Source: Candidatus Woesearchaeota archaeon
Lineage (GTDB): Archaea; Nanobdellota; Nanobdellia; Woesearchaeales; SKIA01
DNA length: 64,000 nucleotides
Direction: 5' to 3'
Assembly: GCA_046704725.1 (NCBI GenBank)
Contig: JBJKRI010000003.1
Span: 1 to 64,000 of the forward strand
Shown here: in pieces, positions 1 to 8,831 of the stretch
Numbering within the stretch: the first letter of the stretch is position 1
How the letters are laid out: every line of letters begins with the position of its first letter
The notes under the pieces: generated by a model
What the model was told of the DNA's origin: nothing
The model's input: the letters and a program-made list of their open reading frames with translations, nothing else
Databases searched by the model: none
Translations under genes and position numbers: made by a program

Positions 1-1
1 C

Positions 2-685
2 GCCACGAACGCCACGCTGAACGTCACGAGCCACGCGGCCTCGCCCACGGTCGGCCAGGCGGTGGCGGTCATATTCACCGTCCTCCTCCCCGAACTCCTG
101 CGCCGCCTGTTCGTCTTCATCGCCGCGCCCTTCCTCTATCCGGACATGTGGTGGCTGCTCGTCCACCTCATCCTCACGTTCGTGCTCTTCGAGATGTATT
201 TCGAGCGCCACGACGGGGAGGACCTCGGCTGGGGCGCCGCCCTGGCGAACAGCATCGTCGTCGTCTTCATCAGCATGGAGTTGTTGCGCAGCCTCTTCGA
301 CAACAAGGGTTCCCCCTTCACCGTCTTCTGGCAGATCCTCGTCGGCATCTGGCAGCACGGACTCTTCGCGGAGCGCAATTTCATCATCATCCTCGTCTTG
401 CTGCTCGGCGCCTTCGGCCTGTTCACCGCCGTCATCAACTACTTCCATTTCCTGCCGCGCCGCCTGGCTTTTCTCATCAGCGGCCACAAGGTGGTGAACC
501 TGCTCGCCTACTTCCTCATCGTCGTCGTGTATCGCTTCACGGCCGGCGAGCCGTTGCCGCTCGACACGGTGACCTTCGTCGCCTTGCTGCTCTTCGGCGC
601 CCTCTTGTGGAGCCTGCTCTTCTGGATCAATCACCGCGGCCACAAGCGCGCCGCCAAGAAGTCCCGCATCATCCCGTTCAAATGA
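2..685 (+). CDS. multi-pass membrane protein, probably 5'-truncated by the window edge
   Basis: The frame is open from base 2 (ATNATLNVTS..., two N-x-T sequons) through GTG62 to TGA685, with several hydrophobic helices. Confidence 0.7.
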   Translation, partial: ATNATLNVTSHAASPTVGQAVAVIFTVLLPELLRRLFVFIAAPFLYPDMWWLLVHLILTFVLFEMYFERHDGEDLGWGAALANSIVVVFISMELLRSLFDNKGSPFTVFWQILVGIWQHGLFAERNFIIILVLLLGAFGLFTAVINYFHFLPRRLAFLISGHKVVNLLAYFLIVVVYRFTAGEPLPLDTVTFVALLLFGALLWSLLFWINHRGHKRAAKKSRIIPFK

Positions 686-1167
686 GTTTCAGCGCTCGCC
701 CGAGGACCTCTTCTGGAGTGCCTCCGCCGCCGATGACCGTCTCCTCCGGAGCGGGATGCATCGTCTTGTGGAGCCGTTCGAGCCGCTCTTTCGCGACGAC
801 CATCGGGCGCGCGTCGTTGCGTGCCCGCACGGCCTCCCACGGCGTGTCGAGGTAGATGCGGACAGTTCTGGCATCTCTTCCGAGCTCGAGCACTTGCGCA
901 AGGTCCGTCACGCCGTCCTCGTCCGACCACGCGTCCTCGGTCACCACCGCGTATCCCGCCTGGAGATAGTTGCGCAGCGCGGTTGTCCCAGCTGATAGTA
1001 TGGTCCGCTTTTGTGCGGTCCTTGTGGTTGGTCATCACCCAGCGGAACTCGTCGACAATCAACAAAGCGGTCTTCCGCGTCTTCCGAAGGTGCGTTGCGA
1101 TATTGCGCGCGAGCGTGCTCTTGCCCGATGCCGGCAGTCCACGGATGATGATGAGTGATGGCTGCAT
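678..1167 (-). pseudogene. frameshifted P-loop kinase (AAA_33 / polynucleotide kinase-like)
   Basis: The N-half has GLPASGKST and DEFR. The C-half (ALRNYLQAGYAVVTED...RARNDAR) is in another frame, with the switch near 981-990. Confidence 0.75.
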
Positions 1168-1168
1168 G

Positions 1169-1540
1169 TCAGTACCGCACGGCTTTCAAGCCGGGTATGG
1201 AATCGAAGGCCGCATCACGCGTTGCGATGCGCTTTACTCCCGCCGCGAGCAGGGTGCCCGCGATCAACGCGTCGAACGAGCCGACGGGTTTTCCTTTGCG
1301 TTTTCCCGCCCGGAAGATGCGTGCCGCCTCGCGCGCGCCTCTCCTCTCGAAGGTCACGGTCTGCAGTTGGGACGCGAAGCGCAAGAACAGCCCCTCTTCT
1401 CGACCGCTGAGGTTCCCGCAGAGGAACTCGAAGACCACGGGTTCGCAGATGCACAGTGCATCCTCTTGCTCGAGCAAGGCTCGCGTGCCCTCCTCTCCTC
1501 TGAAGTGGTCGATGAGAAAGGACGTGTCGAGGGCGATCAT
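1169..1540 (-). CDS. vapC: VapC PIN-domain toxin
   Basis: IALDTSFLID, FDALIAG and IATRD..F PIN motifs; 123 aa; ATGA overlap with the upstream antitoxin. Confidence 0.92.
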   Translation of the reverse strand: MIALDTSFLIDHFRGEEGTRALLEQEDALCICEPVVFEFLCGNLSGREEGLFLRFASQLQTVTFERRGAREAARIFRAGKRKGKPVGSFDALIAGTLLAAGVKRIATRDAAFDSIPGLKAVRY

Positions 1541-1764
1541 CTCCAGGATCCCTCCGTGCGCTCGTCCAGTCCGCGGTTCATCTCATCGCGCAGTGTCTTC
1601 GCGTCGGGAAGGTCGCTTCCTGCGAACATCCCCCAGTACTGCAGGAGCGCTTCCTTCCTGCCCTTGAGGCCGAGTATCACGTCCGAGAAACTCTCCTCGC
1701 CTTTCTTCATGGCCTTGAGGAAGTCGTAGGCCTCGTCCGTTATGGTGATGGTTTTCGACGCCAT
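1537..1764 (-). CDS. vapB: VapB antitoxin (DUF217-like)
   Basis: MASKTITITDEAY..L...K...ESFSDVI signature, directly upstream of vapC. Confidence 0.9.
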   Translation of the reverse strand: MASKTITITDEAYDFLKAMKKGEESFSDVILGLKGRKEALLQYWGMFAGSDLPDAKTLRDEMNRGLDERTEGSWR

Positions 1765-1789
1765 AAACATACAAGTACTTGTATGTTTA
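1764..1789. promoter_or_regulatory. perfect 26-bp palindrome, probable VapBC operator
   Basis: TAAACATACAAGTACTTGTATGTTTA lies between the vapB start codon and a TTTAAA TATA-like box at 1786-1791. Confidence 0.75.
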
Positions 1790-1898
1790 AAGGCATTCCG
1801 GTCCATACGTACGCCCCGCAGGATACGTTCATGTGCCTTCGTCGGGGATTGTCGGAAATATCCGACAGATTCATCTTCTTTTCTTGCTTCCTGCACGC

Positions 1899-2267
1899 AT
1901 GGCGCTCAAGTACGTCGTCCAAGAGCATCACGCCACGCGCCTGCATTACGACCTGCGTCTTGAGCACAACGGCGTCGCGCGCTCGTGGGCGATCCCCAAA
2001 GAGCCGACGGCGGAGACGGGCGTCAAGCGTCTCGCCGTCCAGGTCTCCGACCATGAGGTCGAGTACATGGATTTCGAGGGGGAGATCGAGGATGGCTACG
2101 GCGCGGGAAAGGTCGAGCGTTGGGACAGCGGCACCTGGACGCCGGAGTCGGTGAGAAAGGACAAGATCGTGGCGCTCATCCACGGCGAGAAGTTGTCCGG
2201 CCGCTTCGCTCTGGTTCGGATGATGGGCAAGAATTGGCTCTTCTTCAAGGCCAAGGACAAGGATTAG
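1899..2267 (+). CDS. stand-alone LigD 3'-phosphoesterase (PE) domain protein
   Basis: YVVQEHHATRLHYDLRLE...SWAIPK...KRLAVQVSDH...YGAG.V..WD.G. Confidence 0.9.
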   Translation: MALKYVVQEHHATRLHYDLRLEHNGVARSWAIPKEPTAETGVKRLAVQVSDHEVEYMDFEGEIEDGYGAGKVERWDSGTWTPESVRKDKIVALIHGEKLSGRFALVRMMGKNWLFFKAKDKD

Positions 2268-2373
2268 TTTCTCTATGGAAATTTTCCTTATAGAAGCTAT
2301 TTGTAATGGCTTTGCCCAACAAATCCACAAAGAATTAACCTAATAGGCGACGAAAGGACTTATTAATCAATTT

Positions 2374-2700
2374 TCACATAGAATGATCGGTCAGCACAAT
2401 CATTGTTAGAAAATCTATGTACTCAACTGGGCTGACTCCAGAATCTTCTGCATTTTTTATTATATTTTTTTGAGTCACATTCATATTATGATCCTTGAAG
2501 AAAATTCCTTGTGCATGGTGATCGAACGTCCCTCCGAACTGTTCCTTTGGGTCTTTCACTTCTGGATGGATTGCACGGAACGCCTTGGTGAAAGACTTTC
2601 TGATATTTGTATCCACGCCAAGAAACTGCAACCTGAGGATGTGTAGATATAGTAGTTTTCCGTCTCGTCTAAGTTTCTCATCCTCCCAATTGACGCCCAT
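2374..2700 (-). CDS. hypothetical protein (AT-rich)
   Basis: 108-aa ORF in a low-GC patch; no recognised motif. Confidence 0.5.
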   Translation of the reverse strand: MGVNWEDEKLRRDGKLLYLHILRLQFLGVDTNIRKSFTKAFRAIHPEVKDPKEQFGGTFDHHAQGIFFKDHNMNVTQKNIIKNAEDSGVSPVEYIDFLTMIVLTDHSM

Positions 2701-2898
2701 CAACCTCTTAGTGGTATACAGTACATATAATGATTCTCACAATTTGGACAAAGAAATCTGCTGTTTAGGCAGAATCAGCATCCATGCAAGCTAAATATCT
2801 CCGCAGCGACGCGAACCGATACCGAAAAATCATTCCATATAGAAGATATAATCCTCCCGGGCGAAAACACATTTAAGATACTTCACAATCGTGAAGGC

Positions 2899-4011
2899 AT
2901 GCTTCCGGAGTGGTTCGAAAGGAAAAGGGCGGCGGCCAGGGCCGGCTACGCCTCGAAGAAGACCCCTCGTCTCGCCTACGGCCTCACCATCCGACTCAAT
3001 AGCCGCGCCCTCGTCCTCGACGGCAATGAAGCAACCGACAGCGAGCAGGTCGTCACGCTCGAGCATGAGGACTGCCGGATCGCCAGCCTCTTCGACATGC
3101 TAAATGATCCACAGGTCAGGCAGCATCTCTTCAGCACAGAGCCAGCAGAGCGCACGCGCATGGACGACTTCTCCGACGCCTTCTTCGACATCGGCCTTGT
3201 CGTCATCGTCCCGCCCGGAAAGGACGCCACGCTCACGCTCACGCGCACCATCACAAGCCAAGTCTTCAACGAGCGCACCCTCATCCTCTGCGGCAAGGGC
3301 AGCACCCTCACGCTCATCGACCGCTACCAAGGCGACTGCACATTGCGCGCCGGCGTCGTCGAAGCGATCCTCGAGGACGACGCCACGCTCCGCTACGCGT
3401 CCGTCCAGCACCTCGGAAAGGACGCGGTCGACCTCTCGAGCTACCGAGCGAGATGCGGAAAGGACGCGAAGGCCGACTGGTTCGTCGCGAGCATCGGTTC
3501 TGCCTTGTCGCGCGCGGAGGTCAGCACGCGTCTTGCAGGCGACGGCGGGAAAGCGCGCAGCTACGGCGTCTTCCTCGGCGACGGCACGCAGCAATTCGAC
3601 CTGTCCGCAGCCACTTTTCACGAGGGCGACCACACCGAATCCGACATGTATACGCGCGGCGTTCTCGACGGCAAGAGCAAGGCCGTCTATCGCGGCACGA
3701 TCGACATCGCCGCGAACGCCAACGGCTGCGACGGCTACCAGAAAGAGGAGACCCTGCTCGTCTCCCCCGACGCCGCCGCCGACGCGATACCCAATCTCGA
3801 GATCCGCAACAACGACGTGCGCTGCAGCCACGGGGCGACCATCGGTCGTGTCGACGAGGAGCAGCTCTTCTACCTCACCAGTCGCGGCATCCCGCGGAAC
3901 GAAGCGGTGCGCATGCTCATCGAGGGCTACTTCGAGCCGCTCACCACGCGCCTGGACTGGCCCGCTCTCTTCGAGCAGGTCAAGCCCCTGGTGGAGGCGA
4001 AGATCGCATGA
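2899..4011 (+). CDS. sufD: Fe-S cluster assembly protein, SufD/SufBD family
   Basis: C-terminal ADAIPNLEI.NNDVRCSHGATIG.VDEEQLFYL.SRGI is the SufD-type ending. Confidence 0.85.
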   Translation: MLPEWFERKRAAARAGYASKKTPRLAYGLTIRLNSRALVLDGNEATDSEQVVTLEHEDCRIASLFDMLNDPQVRQHLFSTEPAERTRMDDFSDAFFDIGLVVIVPPGKDATLTLTRTITSQVFNERTLILCGKGSTLTLIDRYQGDCTLRAGVVEAILEDDATLRYASVQHLGKDAVDLSSYRARCGKDAKADWFVASIGSALSRAEVSTRLAGDGGKARSYGVFLGDGTQQFDLSAATFHEGDHTESDMYTRGVLDGKSKAVYRGTIDIAANANGCDGYQKEETLLVSPDAAADAIPNLEIRNNDVRCSHGATIGRVDEEQLFYLTSRGIPRNEAVRMLIEGYFEPLTTRLDWPALFEQVKPLVEAKIA

Positions 4012-4493
4012 GCCGCGAAGCGTTCGTCGATGTCGTACGCCGCTGCGTGCTGGAAGGTGATTACACGCTCAAGAGCGGTCGTCATTCCGACCACAAGATC
4101 GACCTCGAGCTCGCCCTCGAACGTCCCCAGGACCTCAAGGTCATCCTCGAGCAGCTCGAAAGACACATCCCTGCGGGGGCTGTGGTGGTCGGCGAGGGAG
4201 GAGCGTACGGCTTCGCGAAGGAGTACGCGGACCGGCACGACGGGACGCCCTACGAGGTCGATCGCGCCGCACGCAGCATGACGCCCGAGCAGCGCTTCCG
4301 CGGACGGCCGGTCTTCGTCGTCGAGGACGTGGTCACCACGGGAGGGACGGTGAACGACGTGGCAACGATCGTCCACAACATCTACGGCGGAAATCCACGC
4401 ATCGTCGGCATCGTCCGCCGCGGACAGCCCGACCTTATCACATTCCCCGTCACGTACATCCTTGACGGGGCGGAGGTGGGCGTCGATGACTGA
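4008..4493 (+). CDS. type I phosphoribosyltransferase, PyrE-like (divergent)
   Basis: LKSGRHS...D N-terminal motif and VFVVEDVVTTGGT PRPP-binding motif; overlaps sufD and sufS. Confidence 0.75.
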   Translation: MSREAFVDVVRRCVLEGDYTLKSGRHSDHKIDLELALERPQDLKVILEQLERHIPAGAVVVGEGGAYGFAKEYADRHDGTPYEVDRAARSMTPEQRFRGRPVFVVEDVVTTGGTVNDVATIVHNIYGGNPRIVGIVRRGQPDLITFPVTYILDGAEVGVDD

Positions 4494-5652
4494 ATGGCCC
4501 TACAAAGCGACGGGCATCCACTATCTCGACAGCGCCGCCTCGACGCAGAAGCCGAAGGCCGTACTCGACGCGCTCCAGGAGTTCTACAGCATGCACTACT
4601 CCAACGTCCACCGCGGACTGCACCGTCTCGCCGAAGAATCTACCAAGGCATACGAGAAGGCGCGGGCGACCGTCGCCGCCTTCCTGGGAGCGCACAACCC
4701 CAAGGAGATCGTCTTCACGAGCGGCACCACAGAAGCGATGAACCTGCTCGCATCCACCTATCCGCTCACCGCCGACGACACCGTCGTCGTCTCCCTGCTC
4801 GACCACCACTCCACATTCGTCCCCTGGCAGCAGGCCGCGAAAAGAGCGGGCGCGACCTTCAAGGTCATCCCGCTCGCGGATGGACGCCTCGATTACGCGG
4901 CCGCGGAACGGCTCATCGAAGAAGGCTGCGCGGTGCTCGCCATCACACACCTCTCGAACGTCACCGGAGAGACCATCGACGTGTCCCGCCTCGCCGACAA
5001 GGTGCACGCGAACGGAGGTGTCATCTTCGTGGACGGCGCGCAAGCGGCGGCGCATATCGAAATCGATGTGCAATCCCTCGGAGCGGATGCGTACTGCATC
5101 AGCGCCCACAAGCTCTACGGCCCGACAGGCATCGGCGCATTGTATTGCCGTCAGGACCTCCTCGACACGTTGCCGCCCTACCAGTTCGGCGGCGAGATGG
5201 TGGACCAGGTCACCGTGAGCAAGACAACCTTCGCGAATCCCCCGGCGCGCTTCGAGGCCGGCACGCCGCCCATCATCCAGTCCGTCGGCTTCTCGACCGC
5301 GATCGACGTGCTCCACGCACATCAAAGCGACCTGAAGCGAATCGAATCCCTCGCCAAGGACGCTATCTCACGGCTTTCCGCGCTCCCCTTCATCACAGTG
5401 CACTCGGTCACAGAGCAAAACCCTGGAATCATCAGCTTCACGATGGAAGGCGTGCACGCCCACGACGTCGCGCAGTTCCTCGACAGCAAGGACGTCGCCG
5501 TCCGAGCCGGCCATCACTGCTGCCAACCGCTGCACGACACGTTCAGCATCCCTGCGAGCGTCCGCGCCTCGTTCGGCCTATACAATACGAAAGAGGATAT
5601 AGACGCGCTCATCGCAGCGCTCAAGGAGTGCAAGGAGGCCTTCGATGTATAG
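4486..5652 (+). CDS. sufS: cysteine desulfurase SufS
   Basis: YLDSAASTQKP, SNVHRG, SAHK (PLP lysine), RAGHHC (catalytic Cys). Confidence 0.93.
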   Translation: MTEWPYKATGIHYLDSAASTQKPKAVLDALQEFYSMHYSNVHRGLHRLAEESTKAYEKARATVAAFLGAHNPKEIVFTSGTTEAMNLLASTYPLTADDTVVVSLLDHHSTFVPWQQAAKRAGATFKVIPLADGRLDYAAAERLIEEGCAVLAITHLSNVTGETIDVSRLADKVHANGGVIFVDGAQAAAHIEIDVQSLGADAYCISAHKLYGPTGIGALYCRQDLLDTLPPYQFGGEMVDQVTVSKTTFANPPARFEAGTPPIIQSVGFSTAIDVLHAHQSDLKRIESLAKDAISRLSALPFITVHSVTEQNPGIISFTMEGVHAHDVAQFLDSKDVAVRAGHHCCQPLHDTFSIPASVRASFGLYNTKEDIDALIAALKECKEAFDV

Positions 5653-6028
5653 GGAGCACCTCATGGACCATTACAAGCATCCGCGCAACCACGGAGAGCT
5701 CGAAAGCCCGACCGTCTCGCACACCGAGAAGAATCCTTCATGCGGCGACACGATAACCATGGATTTTCTCATCGAGGACGGCAAGGTCAAGGACGTGCGT
5801 TTCCGCGGCGAGGGCTGCGCCATCAGCATGGCCGCGGCGTCCATGCTCGCTGAAGAGCTTCCGGGAAAGAAGGTCGAGCAAGTCGTTCTCATGCCGCGCG
5901 ACGAGATGCTCGAGCTCATCGGCGTGCCCCTCACCACCATGCGCGTCAAGTGCGGCTTGCTCGCGTTGCACACCGCCAAGAAGGCCTTGGCGAAAAACTT
6001 GGGAGAGGAGGCGAAGGGAGAATGGTAG
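5645..6028 (+). CDS. sufU: SufU/IscU-type scaffold or sulfur-transfer protein
   Basis: HPRNHG, NPSCGD, GCAIS.AAAS and RVKC motifs. Confidence 0.9.
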   Translation: MYREHLMDHYKHPRNHGELESPTVSHTEKNPSCGDTITMDFLIEDGKVKDVRFRGEGCAISMAAASMLAEELPGKKVEQVVLMPRDEMLELIGVPLTTMRVKCGLLALHTAKKALAKNLGEEAKGEW

Positions 6029-6669
6029 TCCGCGGCGTCATCTTCGACAAGGACGGCGTCCTGCTCGATTCCGAGAAGGTCAATATCGAGTCGGGCGTGC
6101 GCATCCTCAAGGAGCACGGTATCGAAGCGACAGCGGAGGATCGTGAAAGCATCCACGGCCGGCACGGAGCGTATTACCTTCCTGAATTCAAGGAGAAGTA
6201 TCGCATCACTGTCCCCTTCGACGAGCTCGACAATCGACATTCCGACATCTACTATGCACTGTGGGATGAGATTGCCGAATTGCTGCCCGGGGCGAGGCAA
6301 GCGGTCGAGTACTGCAAGGGACACGGTCTCGCCACGTGCTTGGTTACCAGCGGCGGCATGCGGAGCACAAGTAAGTTCTTCGAGCGCTTCGACTTCGATC
6401 TGTTCGAACATACAGTCACCTATGAAGACGTGGAGCATCACAAACCGGCGCCCGACAGTTACGAGAAGGCCGCAGAGTTGCTCGGCATCCCCAAGAACCA
6501 GCTGCTCGTCGTCGAGGACTCGCTCCCAGGCGTCCAAGCAGCGAAAGCTGCGGGCATCCAGGTAGTCGCCGTCGGAGACCACGACGGCGCAAGAGAGAAG
6601 GCTGACTACCGCATCGCCGACCTCACGCAGCTTCCGAAGCTCATCGAGAGCCTGGAGGATACGAAATGA
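6022..6669 (+). CDS. HAD-superfamily phosphatase
   Basis: IFDKDGVL, VTS, KPAP and VVEDS..G..AA motifs intact. Confidence 0.9.
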   Translation: MVVRGVIFDKDGVLLDSEKVNIESGVRILKEHGIEATAEDRESIHGRHGAYYLPEFKEKYRITVPFDELDNRHSDIYYALWDEIAELLPGARQAVEYCKGHGLATCLVTSGGMRSTSKFFERFDFDLFEHTVTYEDVEHHKPAPDSYEKAAELLGIPKNQLLVVEDSLPGVQAAKAAGIQVVAVGDHDGAREKADYRIADLTQLPKLIESLEDTK

Positions 6670-7436
6670 AACTGCTCGACATCAAGGACCTGCACGTGAG
6701 GATCACGGACGGCGACACCGAGATCCTCAAGGGCGTCACCTTCTCCGTCGAGGAAGGGGAGATCGTCGCGCTCATGGGCCCGAACGGCTCGGGCAAGTCG
6801 ACGCTCGCCTACGCATTGATGGGCCATCCGCGCTACGCCATAACCAAAGGAAAGGCCACCTTCCTCGGAAAGGATGTGAAGGACCTGTCCGCCGACGAGC
6901 GCGCAAAGCTCGGTCTGTTCCTTTCCTTCCAGTATCCTGCAACCGTCCCCGGCGTGACCGTGCAGAACTTCCTGCGCGCGGCCTACAACAACATGCACGA
7001 CCCGCTGTCCGTCCCGAAGTTCCGTCGTTATCTCAAGGAGCGGATGGAGGCTTTGCGCATGGACGCCTCGTTCGCCGAGCGCTACGTCAATGACGGCTGG
7101 AGCGGCGGCGAGAAAAAGCGCGGCGAGATACTGCAGCTGTCCGTGCTCGACCCGCGCCTTGCCATCCTCGACGAGACCGACAGCGGTCTTGACATCGACG
7201 CCATCCGCATCGTCTCCGAAGGCGTCAACAGGGCTCGCGACGCCTCGCCGGACATGGCCGTCCTCATCATCACGCACTACAAGCGCATCCTCGAATACGT
7301 CAAGCCCGACCGCGTCGTCATCCTGCTTGATGGAAAGGTCGTCGAGCAGGGCGGCCCGGAGCTCGTGGACAAGCTCGAGGCAGAGGGCTACGACTGGGTC
7401 CGCGACGGCGAAACACAAAAAGAAATGGAAAAGTAG
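6666..7436 (+). CDS. sufC: Fe-S assembly ATPase SufC
   Basis: GPNGSGKST, FQYP..VPGV, SGGEKKR.EILQ, LDETDSGLDIDA, ITHY. Confidence 0.95.
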   Translation: MKLLDIKDLHVRITDGDTEILKGVTFSVEEGEIVALMGPNGSGKSTLAYALMGHPRYAITKGKATFLGKDVKDLSADERAKLGLFLSFQYPATVPGVTVQNFLRAAYNNMHDPLSVPKFRRYLKERMEALRMDASFAERYVNDGWSGGEKKRGEILQLSVLDPRLAILDETDSGLDIDAIRIVSEGVNRARDASPDMAVLIITHYKRILEYVKPDRVVILLDGKVVEQGGPELVDKLEAEGYDWVRDGETQKEMEK

Positions 7437-7442
7437 AGGTGC

Positions 7443-7961
7443 TCAGTACGCGCCGAAACCGTTCGGCAGAGCGTGCGCAGAGACCCAGCGCGTGTGGTCC
7501 ATCATGCCTTGGTCCATGATGGCCTCATAGTTGTTCCAGATCAGATAGCCCCCTGGCCTCCAGTACTGGCTCTGGTTGCCTTCGGATCCGACCCAGATGA
7601 TCTTCACGTGCTCGGTCTCGTTCGATCCACCGGGGACCATGCCGTTCCACTCGTTCGTGAGCTTCGCTCCGACGCAAGCGGTCGCATTGTCGTTACCGGC
7701 AGCGTTGCACGCATCCCATGCAGCGTTCCACTTCATGACCAGATGGTCATTCGCATAGACACCCATATAGGCATCGCATGTCGAAGCGTTCCAACCGAGC
7801 TTTCCTTGACACCAACTCGAGCCGGTACCCACGAACACGTGCGCATTCGTATTGTATCCGAACTCGTCGAAGCCGTGGCCACCGCTCGCAGCCAACGCAC
7901 CCGACGCTGAAAGAGCGAGCGCGATCACCGCAACCATACCTACCAAAATCTTTCTCATCAT
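7443..7961 (-). CDS. secreted Cys/Trp/Gly-rich hypothetical protein (paralog A)
   Basis: Signal peptide ending ALA; GFDEFGYN, LVMKWNAAWDACN and NEWNGMVPGGS are shared with 8188-8697. Confidence 0.85.
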   Translation of the reverse strand: MMRKILVGMVAVIALALSASGALAASGGHGFDEFGYNTNAHVFVGTGSSWCQGKLGWNASTCDAYMGVYANDHLVMKWNAAWDACNAAGNDNATACVGAKLTNEWNGMVPGGSNETEHVKIIWVGSEGNQSQYWRPGGYLIWNNYEAIMDQGMMDHTRWVSAHALPNGFGAY

Positions 7962-8151
7962 ATCTCCCCCTCACCCCACTGGGTGATATAGCAGACACTC
8001 ATGTTGGCATCGGATAAAAGCCTTCAGAACCAAGAATTCGTGTAGCGGTGCATCCAACGAAAAGCGAATAGCCCGATGCCCAGATATGTGGCAGCGGTGC
8101 GTCCATCGTTCGTTTTCGACACCACGCTCGGAACACGACAGAATCACATGT

Positions 8152-8176
8152 GAAGAAAGAAGAGAAAAAGAAAAGG
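8152..8176 (-). terminator. oligo-pyrimidine (U-rich) archaeal terminator
   Basis: The minus strand reads CCTTTTCTTTTTCTCTTCTTTCTTC just downstream of the 8188 stop. Confidence 0.55.
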
Positions 8177-8187
8177 AATCGGTGCGC

Positions 8188-8697
8188 TTAGTTCCCACCG
8201 TAACCGTTCGGCGTGGAATGTGTGTTCCAGTAGTGAACACCATCAGTCATTCCCTGGTCCATGAGGATTTCATAGTTTCCCCAGACGGAAGCGCCGCCAG
8301 CTTTCCAGTACGGACTGTTCTCGCCTTGCGATCCGACCCAGATAATCTTGTAGTGCTCGGTCGTTCCCGAACCGCCGGGAACCATACCGTTCCACTCGTT
8401 GTCGACCCACGCACCCGCGCAATATGCGGGATTATCATAGCCATGGGCGTTGCACGCATCCCACGCGGCGTTCCACTTCATGACCAAGCGGTCGTTCGCA
8501 TAGGGGCTACTGCTGCACGATGAAACAGTTCCACCACCTGCTACGCAATAGCCTGTGTAAGTGCCGACAAACACGCGTGCGGCGTTGTTGTAGCCAAACT
8601 GGTCGAATCCGTGACCGCTGTTCGCAGCCAAAGCGCCTGATGCCGAGAGCGCCAGCGCGAGGACCGCGACGAATCCAATAAGTGTCTTTCTCATCAT
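8188..8697 (-). CDS. secreted Cys/Trp/Gly-rich hypothetical protein (paralog B)
   Basis: Tandem paralog of 7443-7961 with the same signal-peptide layout and identical blocks. Confidence 0.85.
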   Translation of the reverse strand: MMRKTLIGFVAVLALALSASGALAANSGHGFDQFGYNNAARVFVGTYTGYCVAGGGTVSSCSSSPYANDRLVMKWNAAWDACNAHGYDNPAYCAGAWVDNEWNGMVPGGSGTTEHYKIIWVGSQGENSPYWKAGGASVWGNYEILMDQGMTDGVHYWNTHSTPNGYGGN

Positions 8698-8831
8698 ATC
8701 GTCTCCGTCACCCCACGCGCGCGGGGTGACATGGATCCCTCATCCGTTATTCACGCTTAAAAGGTTTGGGGAAGATTGTTCCGTTGTCCAGTGCAAAGAT
8801 ATAGAATGAATATACTCATGCAGACGATGCA

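Noticed and set aside
7443-8697. Paralog pair considered as a DGR template/variable repeat
   Set aside because: Differences include indels and all base types rather than being adenine-specific, both copies are full genes, and there is no reverse transcriptase in the window.
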